From the NCBI GenBank assembly GCA_964482725.1, contig CAYZYT010000009.1:19832-83831 (forward strand): DNA of 64,000 nt. Reading direction: 5' to 3'. Each line of letters starts with the position of its first letter. Positions within the stretch are counted from its first letter, which is position 1. The translations under genes and the position numbers were made by a program. Of the stretch, positions 26,770-36,531 are shown piece after piece. The notes beneath the pieces were generated by a model. That model saw only the letters and a program-made list of their open reading frames with translations. It did not search any database and was not told the origin of the DNA. This stretch comes from an uncultured bacterium. Lineage in GTDB: Bacteria > Omnitrophota > Omnitrophia > Omnitrophales > Aquincolibacteriaceae.

Positions 26770-29535
26770 ATGGCCAGTGGTTTTAAAGCATATCCTTTCG
26801 ACGAGATCGAAAAAAAATGGCAGACCTACTGGTCTGATCATCAAACCTTCCGTGCCCCTGACCCCGGAGAATCCGGCGGCGACAAGCCCAATTCTCCATC
26901 AGAAAATTCAAAGGTTAATTGGGCTAGCCCTGGCAACCTTCAATCAAAAGAAGATAGTCCCAATGCTATTCAATTTCCAAGCAGTGGAAATTGGGGCAAT
27001 CCTGACCACCATCATGGGAAAGAAAATAAAAGTCAGGATAGATGCCAGGGCAAGAAAAAATATTATGTCCTCGATATGTTCCCGTATCCTTCCGGCTCCG
27101 GCCTTCACGTCGGACATTTAGAAGGGTATACCGCCACCGACATTGTCAGCCGCTACAAACGGATGCGCGGGTTCAATGTCCTGCACCCGATGGGCTGGGA
27201 CGCGTTCGGACTTCCGGCCGAGCAATATGCCATCGAGACGGGCACGCATCCCCGCGAGACTACCCAAAAGAATATCGAGACCTTCAAGCGCCAGATCCAG
27301 CAGGTGGGTTTCAGTTATGATTGGGAACGCGAGATCGACACCACCGATCCTCTCTATTACCGCTGGACCCAATGGATCTTTATGAAACTTTTTGAAAGAG
27401 GGCTGGCCTACGAATCCGAGAAGCCGGTGTGGTGGTGCGACGGATGCAAGGCCGTCCTCGCGAACGAAGAAGTCGATGCTAACGGGACTTGTGAACGCAA
27501 AGGCCACAAGGACGTTTACCGCCGCCCGCTTCGCCAATGGATGCTCAAGATCACGGCCTACGCCGACCGTCTTTTAAAAGATCTGGACCTTCTGGATTGG
27601 TCGGAGCCCATCAAGGAAATGCAGCGCAACTGGATCGGGAAATCAACCGGGGCGGAGGTGACTTTCCCGATTGATTGGGAAAGTCATCCTGAGCGACCGG
27701 AGGGAGTCGAAGGATCTGCTCAAGCAAAGATTCTTCGCTGCGCTCAGAATGACGATCGATCCATCCGTGTTTTTACGACGCGGCCGGATACGCTTTTTGG
27801 CGCGACGTATATGGTTTTAGCTCCGGAGCACGCGATGGTGTCGAAGATCACGACGTCAGAGCAGAAGAAGGCCGTGGAAGCTTATGTGGCCACCGCGACG
27901 CACAAATCCGATCTGGATCGCACGGATCTTGCCAAAGAAAAAACCGGCGTTTTTACCGGGGCTTATGCGATCAACCCCGTGAATGATAAGAAGATCCCGG
28001 TGTGGATCGCGGATTATGTGCTGATGGGCTACGGGACGGGAGCCATCATGGCGGTACCCGCACACGATGAGCGGGATTTTGAGTTTTCGAAAAAGTTCAG
28101 ATTGCCGATTATTCCCGTCATTCTGAGGCCGAAGGCCGAAGAATCTAAAAACGTAGATCCTTCGCACCCTCGGGGTGCTCAGGATGACGGTGAAAGTGCC
28201 TTTGTCGGCGATGGGGTCAATATCAACTCTACGACGCCGGACGGTTCATTTTCGATTAACGGCCTTCCGACCCCGGAAGCGAAACAAAAGATCACGAAGT
28301 GGCTCGAAGAAAGGAAGATCGGCAAAGAAGCGGTCCAGTACAAGCTCCGGGATTGGCTCTTTAGCCGGCAACGATATTGGGGTGAGCCGATCCCAGTCGT
28401 GCACTGCGCGAAGTGCGGCCCCGTACTTATTCCTGAAAGCGAATTGCCGCTCATGCTTCCCGAGATGAAAGATTACACGCCGACCGGCAACGCGGAGCCG
28501 CCGCTTGCCAAGGCCGTCGACTGGCTGAAATGTAAATGCACCCAGTGCGGCGGTCCGGCCATGCGCGAAACGAACACCATGCCGCAGTGGGCGGGTTCGT
28601 GCTGGTATTATCTTCGCTATCTGGATCCGAAGAATACCAAAGCTCCGGTCGATCCGGAAAAAGAAAAATACTGGATGAATGTGGATCTCTATGTCGGTGG
28701 CGCGGAACACGCGGTGCTTCATTTACTCTATGCAAGGTTCTGGCATAAGGTGCTTTATGACATCGGGGTCGTTTCCACGCTGGAACCCTTCCAAAAACTT
28801 ACGAATCAGGGGATGATCCTCGGCGAAGACAGTCAGAAGATGTCCAAGTCGCGCGGCAATGTGGTGAATCCCGATGAGATGATCTCCCAATACGGCGCTG
28901 ATAGTCTTCGACTTTACGAAATGTTCATGGGGCCGCTGGAGATGACAAAGCCCTGGGCGAATTCCGGAGTGGAAGGGGTCTACCGGTTCCTCGGGAAAGT
29001 GTGGCGTCTCTTTATCGATAAGGATGACAAACTTCACCCTGTCATGGTTCAACGTGCGCCGAACGCTGCGGAGCTCAAGGCACTTCACAAGGCGATCAAA
29101 AAAGTAACGGAAGATCTGGAAGCGCTGCGATTTAATACGGCGATCTCGGCCCTGATGATCTTTATGAACGAAATAGCGGCCCATCAAGATCACTCGAAGG
29201 AAGTGATGGAGCAATTCCTTCTTCTTTTAGCGCCTCTTGCGCCTCACGTGGCGGAGGAATTATGGCAGCGCCTGGGTCATGCCAAGACGCTTGCTTATGA
29301 AAAATGGCCCGACTACGATAACCGATATCTTATCGAGGATCATGCGGAGATGGCGATCCTTGTGGGCGGTAAAGTACGCGCAAAAATGGTCGTTTCTCAT
29401 AATCAGAGCGAAGAGGTGATCCGACAAATGTGTTTGGAGCATCCCCGTGTGAAAGAACTGCTCGTGGGGAAGGTCGTCAAGAAGGTCATCATCGTTCCGG
29501 GTCGCACGGTCAACCTTGTGGTGGCGGATGCCTAG
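26770..29535 (+). CDS. leuS: Leucyl-tRNA synthetase carrying three in-frame insertions
   Basis: [27 protein letters not shown] (HIGH), KMSKS, editing and anticodon domains; start at [17 protein letters not shown] (ORF track 26737). Confidence 0.9.
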   Translation: MASGFKAYPFDEIEKKWQTYWSDHQTFRAPDPGESGGDKPNSPSENSKVNWASPGNLQSKEDSPNAIQFPSSGNWGNPDHHHGKENKSQDRCQGKKKYYVLDMFPYPSGSGLHVGHLEGYTATDIVSRYKRMRGFNVLHPMGWDAFGLPAEQYAIETGTHPRETTQKNIETFKRQIQQVGFSYDWEREIDTTDPLYYRWTQWIFMKLFERGLAYESEKPVWWCDGCKAVLANEEVDANGTCERKGHKDVYRRPLRQWMLKITAYADRLLKDLDLLDWSEPIKEMQRNWIGKSTGAEVTFPIDWESHPERPEGVEGSAQAKILRCAQNDDRSIRVFTTRPDTLFGATYMVLAPEHAMVSKITTSEQKKAVEAYVATATHKSDLDRTDLAKEKTGVFTGAYAINPVNDKKIPVWIADYVLMGYGTGAIMAVPAHDERDFEFSKKFRLPIIPVILRPKAEESKNVDPSHPRGAQDDGESAFVGDGVNINSTTPDGSFSINGLPTPEAKQKITKWLEERKIGKEAVQYKLRDWLFSRQRYWGEPIPVVHCAKCGPVLIPESELPLMLPEMKDYTPTGNAEPPLAKAVDWLKCKCTQCGGPAMRETNTMPQWAGSCWYYLRYLDPKNTKAPVDPEKEKYWMNVDLYVGGAEHAVLHLLYARFWHKVLYDIGVVSTLEPFQKLTNQGMILGEDSQKMSKSRGNVVNPDEMISQYGADSLRLYEMFMGPLEMTKPWANSGVEGVYRFLGKVWRLFIDKDDKLHPVMVQRAPNAAELKALHKAIKKVTEDLEALRFNTAISALMIFMNEIAAHQDHSKEVMEQFLLLLAPLAPHVAEELWQRLGHAKTLAYEKWPDYDNRYLIEDHAEMAILVGGKVRAKMVVSHNQSEEVIRQMCLEHPRVKELLVGKVVKKVIIVPGRTVNLVVADA
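26866..27057 (+). other. Low-GC in-frame insertion (~64 aa) in leuS between N-terminus and HIGH motif
   Basis: [65 protein letters not shown] absent from canonical LeuS; internal inverted AATTGGG / CCCAATT repeats. Confidence 0.5.
27683..27754 (+). repeat. Nested palindromic element (GTCATTCTGAG family), inverted orientation, in-frame inside leuS
   Basis: GTCATCCTGAGCG..CGAAGGATCT-loop-AGATTCTTCG..CGCTCAGAATGAC; encodes [28 protein letters not shown]. Confidence 0.7.
28116..28189 (+). repeat. Nested palindromic element (GTCATTCTGAG family), in-frame inside leuS
   Basis: CGTCATTCTGAGGCCGAAGGCCGAAGAATCTAAAAACGTAGATCCTTCGCACCCTCGGGGTGCTCAGGATGACG; encodes [25 protein letters not shown]. Confidence 0.8.
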
Positions 29536-29548
29536 CACAGCGGCAAGT

Positions 29549-29573
29549 TTGAAATGGGATGCGCCCATTTCAA
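29549..29573 (+). terminator. Perfect 10-bp palindrome after leuS (TTGAAATGGG-ATGCG-CCCATTTCAA) with T-rich tail
   Basis: 14 nt after leuS stop. Confidence 0.45.
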
Positions 29574-29611
29574 TCTGTTTTATGTGCTGTACCGTTAACC
29601 CGAAGGAATAA

Positions 29612-31666
29612 ATGAAAAACGGCACTAAAGTCGAGATCAAGAATCAAAAGATCTTTGTCGGGAAAAAAGAAGTGCCGCTCATTTCCGGCGAAGTCCACTA
29701 CTGGCGCCTCAATCCTCATGCCTGGCGCGAAGCCCTCAAACGTGTCAAAGAGATGGGGCTTGAGATCGTCTCCACGTATGTTCCCTGGGATTTTCACGAA
29801 TACAAGCGCGGCCATTTTGATTTTACCGGAAAAACCGATCAGGCGCGCAACCTTAAGGCATTCCTCGATCTGACCCGCAAGGAAGGTTTCTGGCTCATCC
29901 TTCGTCCGGGTCCTTATATCTACAGCGAATGGCCGCGTGACGGCGTTCCCGATTATGCCTACAAGTATCACCGCCTGCATCCCAAGTTCCTCGGCTATGC
30001 CAAGGAATATTTAAAACAAGTCAGTAAGATCTTCAGGCCTTATCTTGCCTCGCGCAAGAACGGTCACATCCTGATGCTTCAGGCGGATAATGAGATCGAT
30101 CCCTGGCCGGATGTCTTCGGACAGCAATACGGTCTTTCCAAGAAGCCGGGACTTTTCCAGGATTTTATGCGCGATCTTTACAAGGATGATCTCCCGGCGC
30201 TGAACGAATCCTGGGGCACGCATTACGCGTCTTTCCGGGAAGCGTCGCCTTTTATCGCGACCATGCTGCCGGGCGAAAAAGGGCTTCCGCTTAAAGGGGA
30301 TAAAGAACTCAAACGGCATCTTGATTATTTCAAGTTCAAGTATGCGTATTCCCAGGAGGTCGCGAAGGGCAGCGTCCAAATGTATCGCGATCTGGGGGTC
30401 GATATCCCGATCTACCTGAACACCTATCCTTTCTTTTACGCGCACGATTGGGCCGCTTTTCAGGAAGTCTCGGATGCGGTGGGGCTGGACCTTTATCCCG
30501 CCAATGAGCTCAAAGAGGACGAGTATGAGCATCGCAAATTTTGCGACAAGATCCGTTATCTTTCGAGCGTTTCGAAACTTCCGTTCATCGCGGAATTCCA
30601 GTCAGGAATATGGCACGGCCGTCATTATGAAACCAGCGTGCTGACGCCCAATCACTACCGGATGATCTGTTTTTCCGCGTTCCTTGCCGGGGTTAAGGGG
30701 TGGAATTGGTACATGCTGGTGAATCGCGACAACTGGTACATGTCGCCGATCAACGAGTGGGGACGAGTGCGCGGGGAGCTGTATGATGTGTTCAAACAGA
30801 TCGTTTCCGTTTTTAAACAGCTCCGGCCGACCTCGCTTAAGAAAATGACCGAGATTGGCGTCACCTTCAATCCTCTCCAGTACGCGGCCCGGACGCTCAC
30901 GCACAACAGCCCCATTCTCGTCGCGCTTTATCAGGGGGATGTGGACTATGACATGTGCGATCCCCGGCGTAAGCTTCCCGGAAAAAAGGTGTTCTTTTAT
31001 TCCGGAAATCAGTGGCTCGGGAAAGCCGCGCATCAGAATCTTCGGAGGTATGTGGAAGAAGGCGGCACTTTGGTGGCCTTCCGTTCTTTCCCCCGCAAGG
31101 ACGATGATTTCATGCCGTACCAAGGGGTGGGCTTTGAAGAACCGGAGCGCACTCTTTTTGAGTTCAAACGGCAATTCAAAATAACTCTTGGTAAGGGTGC
31201 CGCGCCGATCGACGTCCATAGCTCCGTTTATGTTTTTAAGGCTGCGGGATGCGAAAAGATCCAGGCGGATCTTGGGACCTATGGAAAACAAACGGTCGGT
31301 TACATCAAAAAGATCGGCAAGGGAAAGATCATTCATCTGGGGATGGAGCCGGTCCCGGAGCTCGTGCTGGGAGTTTTGAACTATCTCAAAGCACCTCTGA
31401 TGAGCTATTCAGTCACGAGGGACGTCAAGACCGCGCTTTTTAACCGGGGCCGACGTTATTTTCTGGTGGTGGTCAATAACGGCAATGAAGATAAGAGCGC
31501 CACGATCTGTTTGCCGGCGCTGGATGGGATTCGTGGGAAGATGACCGCTCGTGACCTGTTGAGCGGAGAAAAAAAAGTTTATTTGAAAGAGAGCCGCCAT
31601 CCGTTCAATGTGCACGTTGCGCGCAAAGATGGCCGTGTTCTCGAGTTTACGTTCTCGCGTAGCTAA
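29612..31666 (+). CDS. Glycoside hydrolase family 35 beta-galactosidase-like
   Basis: ISGEVHYWRLNPHAWREALKRVKEMGLEIVSTYVPWDFHEY...GFWLILRPGPYIYSEWPRDGVP typical GH35 N-terminal TIM barrel. Confidence 0.75.
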   Translation: MKNGTKVEIKNQKIFVGKKEVPLISGEVHYWRLNPHAWREALKRVKEMGLEIVSTYVPWDFHEYKRGHFDFTGKTDQARNLKAFLDLTRKEGFWLILRPGPYIYSEWPRDGVPDYAYKYHRLHPKFLGYAKEYLKQVSKIFRPYLASRKNGHILMLQADNEIDPWPDVFGQQYGLSKKPGLFQDFMRDLYKDDLPALNESWGTHYASFREASPFIATMLPGEKGLPLKGDKELKRHLDYFKFKYAYSQEVAKGSVQMYRDLGVDIPIYLNTYPFFYAHDWAAFQEVSDAVGLDLYPANELKEDEYEHRKFCDKIRYLSSVSKLPFIAEFQSGIWHGRHYETSVLTPNHYRMICFSAFLAGVKGWNWYMLVNRDNWYMSPINEWGRVRGELYDVFKQIVSVFKQLRPTSLKKMTEIGVTFNPLQYAARTLTHNSPILVALYQGDVDYDMCDPRRKLPGKKVFFYSGNQWLGKAAHQNLRRYVEEGGTLVAFRSFPRKDDDFMPYQGVGFEEPERTLFEFKRQFKITLGKGAAPIDVHSSVYVFKAAGCEKIQADLGTYGKQTVGYIKKIGKGKIIHLGMEPVPELVLGVLNYLKAPLMSYSVTRDVKTALFNRGRRYFLVVVNNGNEDKSATICLPALDGIRGKMTARDLLSGEKKVYLKESRHPFNVHVARKDGRVLEFTFSRS

Positions 31667-31699
31667 CATCGGATCTGGAACATAGAAGGAAGGGGAAGC

Positions 31700-32440
31700 A
31701 TGTTTGGGAAGCTCAGTTTATACCTAGCGTTTCTGGCCTTTGTTTTTTCGGCGAATGCTTTTGCCGGGAAGGTGGAACTGACGACCTATTATCCCGCGCC
31801 ATATGGAGAGTATAAAGAATTAACAACAACGGAAAATGCGGCCTTTGCCTCGACATCGGGAAATGTCTCGGTGGGATCCACAACGAATCATGCGGTTCTG
31901 GCTATAGATAATACTCTGACGCTTGCTCCGGTCGCAGGCGTTGCGAGTGCCCAATCGGGTGGGACGGCGGGTTCTCTGCGCTACAGTTCAGACGCTGGAG
32001 GGTCGGGTGTGGGAGGGCTGCTTTATAAAAATGGCTCTGATTGGCAGCGCTTGGGGGGCGCCGTTTCTGATGTTGTGACTGCTTCTCAAGGTTCGCCTGT
32101 GACGTGCGATCAACCCGGGGGGGCTTCGGCAATAGCCTGTGATATTGTTTCCGTGTCTTTGGCTCCCGGAAAGTGGATTGTTACTTCCTCGCATAGTCAG
32201 TATGGCATCGACCATGGCGGAGCTTGTGCTCAATCTAAGTGGGCTATTAAAGCCAACGGAGGTTTCCTTGTAAACCCGACACTTGTTGTTTCCTGCGGCG
32301 TTGCGGAGTTTAGGCCGGGAGCCACTACTCTCTACACGAATGCTACAAGTAGCAACCAAACAGTTTCACTGGTTGCCGTGGTGGATCCTGGAACGGGCGG
32401 CGTAGCTTCAAATGCGACGCTCATCGCATCTAAGATATAA
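31700..32440 (+). CDS. Secreted protein, GKVELTTYYPAP-N-terminus family member 3
   Basis: ...SANAFA|GKVELTTYYPAPYGEYKEL; middle segment LTLAPVAGVASAQSGGTAGSLRYSSDAGG shared with member 1. Confidence 0.65.
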   Translation: MFGKLSLYLAFLAFVFSANAFAGKVELTTYYPAPYGEYKELTTTENAAFASTSGNVSVGSTTNHAVLAIDNTLTLAPVAGVASAQSGGTAGSLRYSSDAGGSGVGGLLYKNGSDWQRLGGAVSDVVTASQGSPVTCDQPGGASAIACDIVSVSLAPGKWIVTSSHSQYGIDHGGACAQSKWAIKANGGFLVNPTLVVSCGVAEFRPGATTLYTNATSSNQTVSLVAVVDPGTGGVASNATLIASKI

Positions 32441-32510
32441 GCTGTTCCCAGCAGCTAAAATAGGATCGTTCTTTTTTGCAGAGAGTTAAAGTGATGATGC
32501 TCTGAGAGGA

Positions 32511-33326
32511 GTGACTTTGTACGAAACCTTTTTTGGATTGAATGAGTCGCCGTTTAACGTTACGCCCGACCCGAGGTTTGTCTATCTGAGCAAGCACCAC
32601 CAGGCGGCGCTCTCGGCAATGCGCTATGGTGTGGACCGGCGCTCGGGCTTCATCCAGATCACCGGCGAGATCGGGGCGGGGAAGACGACGCTTTCGCGTA
32701 TGTTTCTCCAGCAGTTGGGCGAGAATGTCCACACCTCGCTTGTCTTCAATCCGAAACTTTCAGAGCTGGAGCTTTTGCAAGGGATCGTTGAGGACTTCGG
32801 ACTCAAGCCCAAGGCGAAACGGCGTAAGGATTATTTTGATTGTCTGAACCGCTTTCTCCTGGAAGAAAGTACGAAGGGATTCAATGCGGTCGTGATCATT
32901 GACGAAGCGCAGCTTCTGCCCCCGCGGGCGTTGGAACAGGTCCGTCTTTTGTCGAACCTTGAGACCACGACGCAGAAGCTTTTGCAGATCATTTTGATGG
33001 GGCAGCCGGAGCTGAAGGACCTTCTCAAGCGTCCGGACCTCAAGCAACTCCGGCAGCGCATCACCGTGCGTTGTCACTTGCCGGAACTCAGTTCGGAAGA
33101 AGTGGGGTATTACATCGCGCATCGCTTGAGCGTGGCCGGCGCGCGCGAGAATTTTTTTACGGCAGAAGCCATGCAACGCATTTATGAACTTTCCTCGGGG
33201 ATCCCGAGAGTTATTAACGTGCTGGCGGACCGGGCTTTGCTTGCCGCCTATGCCAAAAGTACTTTCGTGATCGATCCGGTGCTCGTGGAATGCGCCGAAG
33301 CCGATCTCCAAGGAGTGAGCGTATGA
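32511..33326 (+). CDS. ExeA/GspA/MshM-like AAA ATPase
   Basis: LYETFFGLNESPFNVTPDPRFVYLSKHHQAALSAMRYGV...GEIGAGKTTL Walker A, hhhhDEAQ Walker B. Confidence 0.8.
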   Translation: MTLYETFFGLNESPFNVTPDPRFVYLSKHHQAALSAMRYGVDRRSGFIQITGEIGAGKTTLSRMFLQQLGENVHTSLVFNPKLSELELLQGIVEDFGLKPKAKRRKDYFDCLNRFLLEESTKGFNAVVIIDEAQLLPPRALEQVRLLSNLETTTQKLLQIILMGQPELKDLLKRPDLKQLRQRITVRCHLPELSSEEVGYYIAHRLSVAGARENFFTAEAMQRIYELSSGIPRVINVLADRALLAAYAKSTFVIDPVLVECAEADLQGVSV

Positions 33327-33802
33327 GCCTGATCCAACAAGCTTTGGATAAAACAAACAAAGTGCAAGAAACGAGGACTGTGAATCCGTCTCCTAAGGCG
33401 TATGACCGTGACCCGATGGGTGTGGCTCTGGAGCAGGAGCTCACTCAAGTCCAGCGATCTTATGCCGCGAGGCGGAGGCTGTACTGGAAAGTTTCCTTGG
33501 GAATTCTTGCAATCTGCTTTCTGGCCGGACTTTCTTACCTGGGGCTCCGGAGTACTCCGGCGAGGGGGAAAGTTTCATCCAGCGTGGCTACGGTCACGTC
33601 GCATGCGCCGCTTCGGATCTTTTCCGGGACGCTCTACCGCCTTACGGGCATTACGAGTATAAACGGTAAGTCGATGGCTGTGATCAATGAAGATATTGTT
33701 AGCGTGGGAGATTCTCTTTCAGGTAAAGCTATTGTCAAGGCGATCGGTCCCGGAGAAGTTCGTTTGGATGTCCAGGGAAGAGAGATCAAGCTCACGCTTT
33801 AA
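33323..33802 (+). CDS. Single-pass membrane partner of ExeA-like ATPase (GspB-like position), ATGA overlap
   Basis: MSLIQQAL... one TM (VSLGILAICFLAGLSYLGL) + periplasmic C-terminal domain. Confidence 0.5.
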   Translation: MSLIQQALDKTNKVQETRTVNPSPKAYDRDPMGVALEQELTQVQRSYAARRRLYWKVSLGILAICFLAGLSYLGLRSTPARGKVSSSVATVTSHAPLRIFSGTLYRLTGITSINGKSMAVINEDIVSVGDSLSGKAIVKAIGPGEVRLDVQGREIKLTL

Positions 33803-34037
33803 GAATATCTTCTCCTCATGGCGCCGCTTTCCAAATACCAAAACACCCTCCTGCTTGTTCTCCTCTTAATCCTCGCCTTGTTTATTGCCTTCCGGTATGG
33901 GGCGCAGTAATTAGTAAAGCCGTATGTAGTATGTCGTGAGTCTCGACGTACGACATACAATATGCGACATACGATTTTGATGATCCCGTCTCACAATAAT
34001 TTACATTAATCATATAAATAATGTATAATGCCCATAT

Positions 34038-36437
34038 ATGAAGCTTCCCTTTCTATGGCTCGCTCTTGGATTTTCAATCGGGATCATTGTGGAGAAGTAT
34101 TGGAAGGTCCCAGTCCTCTGGCTTGTTTACGGACTTTTTACGGGAATCGTTCTTTTGTGGTTTCTTCGAGGGCACCGTGCTTTTCTGCCTTTTCTCATCC
34201 TTTGCTTGGGATGTGCGGGAATTCTTTGGGCAGGCCTCGATGCTTTTGTCCCAGCGAATGCGGTTCAGAACTTTACAGGCCCTGAGCGCGTGATCCTCAG
34301 GGGAGTTGTGGATTCTCTCCCGGAGTTGAAGACGCGCGGGAAAAAGAAAACGGTCTCCTTGGTGCTTGCGGCACGATCGATCACCCGAGAGGAGAGCGGT
34401 TTACCTCAGAAACAAGGCGAGGCCCGCCTCTCAATAAATCCTTCTGATAGTGGGCGAGGTTCGCCTCCGGCGAACCGCCCGTTTTTGAAGGGCGGCCGCA
34501 GGAAATTCCATAGGGTGAGCGGCCAGGTGCAGGTTTTTTTGCTCCAAGCACCGAGCCTTCCGCAAGTGGGGGATGAGCTTCGACTTTTCGGAGAGTTGAG
34601 TGCGCCGAGGCAGGTCCTGAATCCCGGGGAATTCGATTACGGAAGTTTTTTAGCTCAAAAAAACATCGCTGCTCTTTTTCAGACGATCGGACCTAAGAGC
34701 GTTCGTGTCGTTCGCGAGGGTTCGAGATTTTCTCCGGCCCGGATCATCGCGGAAACCCGGCGAAGTCTGGCCGCGTTGATCGACAAGCTTTATGTTGCTT
34801 CCGAAGCCGCGATCCTGAAAGCCCTGGTGCTTGGGTTGAGGAGCGATGTGGCGCCGGAGGTTCGGGACCAGTTCATGAAGACCGGGACGATCCACTTGCT
34901 TGCGATCAGCGGACTGAATATCACGATGATCGCAGGGACTTTTTATTTGATGTTCCTCTTTTCGGGACTGGGGTATCGAAAGACATCGTTTTTGACGATC
35001 CTGATCGTGGCCCTTTACGTCGGGCTTGCGGGGGCCGGGATCCCGGTCCAGCGCGCGGGGTATGGGTCCGTGTTGGTGCTTGCCGGAGTTCTTATCGGCC
35101 GGCCCGCGAACCTTTTGAACGCACTCTGCTTTGCTTTTTTTGTGATCCTTCTCTGGAATCCGAAGAGCCTTTGGAATATCGGATTTCAGCTTTCCTTTCT
35201 TTCGGTTTTCTCGCTCATGCTGGTCCTGCCGCTTTTATCGCGTTTTAGTGCCTGGACCTTGTCTTTGGGTTCAAGCCTTGCGGTTCTTTTCGGGACTTTT
35301 CCGGTCGTTCTTTATCATTTTAATATTTTCTCTCCGGTTAGCATTCTTGCGAATCTCGCCGCTATCCCGATTTTTGATGCGGCCCTTTTCAGTACTCTTT
35401 TCGCACTGATCCTGAGTGGGGTCCCGTTCGTGAACATCCTTTTAATCAAGGTGTCTTCTTGGATACTTGCGATCGGACTTGTCTGGGTGAAATATCTCTC
35501 CACGTGGCGCTGGGGTTACTGGTTTTTGGAACGGCCGTCTCTAGGCCGGCTTATAGCCTATTACCTCAGCGTGGCGATGATCTTGATCTTTTATAAAAAA
35601 GTTTTCCGAGGAAAGCGTTTTCTGATGACGGGTTGGGTCTGTTGCTGGATCGTGCTCGCCGTCTCTTTTTTTATCGGTCCCGGGGGGAAAGGATTCGAGC
35701 TCACGATGCTTGCCAGTGGCAGGAACCAGATTGTGCACGCGCGTTTCACGAGTGGGGTTCACTGGCTTCTGAACGCCGGAAGAAGTTTTCCCTCCGACCA
35801 GGGCGAGTGGCTGATCGCGCCTTTTCTGAGGAATCGTGGGATTCAGCGACTGGAGGGGATTCTGCTTGCGGATCTCTCCAAAAAAAATACGGGGGGGCTC
35901 GCAGCGGTCATGCGGGATTTTCCGGTCCGACATCTTCTTTATCCTGCAGAAGCTCCGTACGGGCCGGAGGAGTTTTATAAAAGCCTCCGAAAACTGGGCC
36001 GTAAGGCGAAGACATTCCAGCGGGGGGATGCGGTGTTGATGGCGGGGGAAAAAATAACCATGCTCGCCCGGTCACCCAAAGGCGGTGCGTTTCTGATCGA
36101 GTCAGGCCCTTGGCATATTCTTCTCATCTCACGATGGGATAGCGAGATCTTTACGCAGCTTCTCAGCATTGATGAGCCAGAAATCCATGCGGCTTTTTTA
36201 CCGGCGCCAGGGCCGGCGGGGATTCCGGGCGAGTTTCAAGATTGGCTCGATGGAGCCCGGCCCCGGCTTATTGTTGTTCCGGACCCGTCGCAGGAAACGG
36301 CTCCGTATCTGGCCTCCCGCGGCATTCCGTATCTTGATCTGAAAAGTACCGGCGCATTAGGTTTCAGAAAGAACGGTTCTCGGCTTGAGTTGGTGTCGTT
36401 CTCGCGAGGGCCGTTGGGCGTTTTCTCGTATCCTTAA
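34038..36437 (+). CDS. comEC: ComEC/Rec2-family DNA internalization channel protein
   Basis: DQFMKTGTIHLLAISGLNITMIAG competence domain motif, many TM helices, ~800 aa. Confidence 0.75.
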   Translation: MKLPFLWLALGFSIGIIVEKYWKVPVLWLVYGLFTGIVLLWFLRGHRAFLPFLILCLGCAGILWAGLDAFVPANAVQNFTGPERVILRGVVDSLPELKTRGKKKTVSLVLAARSITREESGLPQKQGEARLSINPSDSGRGSPPANRPFLKGGRRKFHRVSGQVQVFLLQAPSLPQVGDELRLFGELSAPRQVLNPGEFDYGSFLAQKNIAALFQTIGPKSVRVVREGSRFSPARIIAETRRSLAALIDKLYVASEAAILKALVLGLRSDVAPEVRDQFMKTGTIHLLAISGLNITMIAGTFYLMFLFSGLGYRKTSFLTILIVALYVGLAGAGIPVQRAGYGSVLVLAGVLIGRPANLLNALCFAFFVILLWNPKSLWNIGFQLSFLSVFSLMLVLPLLSRFSAWTLSLGSSLAVLFGTFPVVLYHFNIFSPVSILANLAAIPIFDAALFSTLFALILSGVPFVNILLIKVSSWILAIGLVWVKYLSTWRWGYWFLERPSLGRLIAYYLSVAMILIFYKKVFRGKRFLMTGWVCCWIVLAVSFFIGPGGKGFELTMLASGRNQIVHARFTSGVHWLLNAGRSFPSDQGEWLIAPFLRNRGIQRLEGILLADLSKKNTGGLAAVMRDFPVRHLLYPAEAPYGPEEFYKSLRKLGRKAKTFQRGDAVLMAGEKITMLARSPKGGAFLIESGPWHILLISRWDSEIFTQLLSIDEPEIHAAFLPAPGPAGIPGEFQDWLDGARPRLIVVPDPSQETAPYLASRGIPYLDLKSTGALGFRKNGSRLELVSFSRGPLGVFSYP

Positions 36438-36458
36438 GCCGTTTTTGGGTCATTGCTA

Positions 36459-36488
36459 TTGACAATTTTTTAGGGCCTATGATATAGT
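36459..36488 (+). promoter_or_regulatory. Sigma70-like promoter TTGACA-18-TATAGT
   Basis: Located in 95-nt gap upstream of 36532 CDS. Confidence 0.45.
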
Positions 36489-36531
36489 AACGCCTCGCGA
36501 ATTTTCCTAACCTGAAGATTGTAAACGACTT

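Noticed and set aside
33818-33910. 30-codon hydrophobic mini-ORF (MAPLSKYQNTLLLVLLLILALFIAFRYGAQ) after the ExeA partner gene
   Set aside because: No convincing RBS and below the size at which coding potential can be judged from sequence alone. Noted but not called
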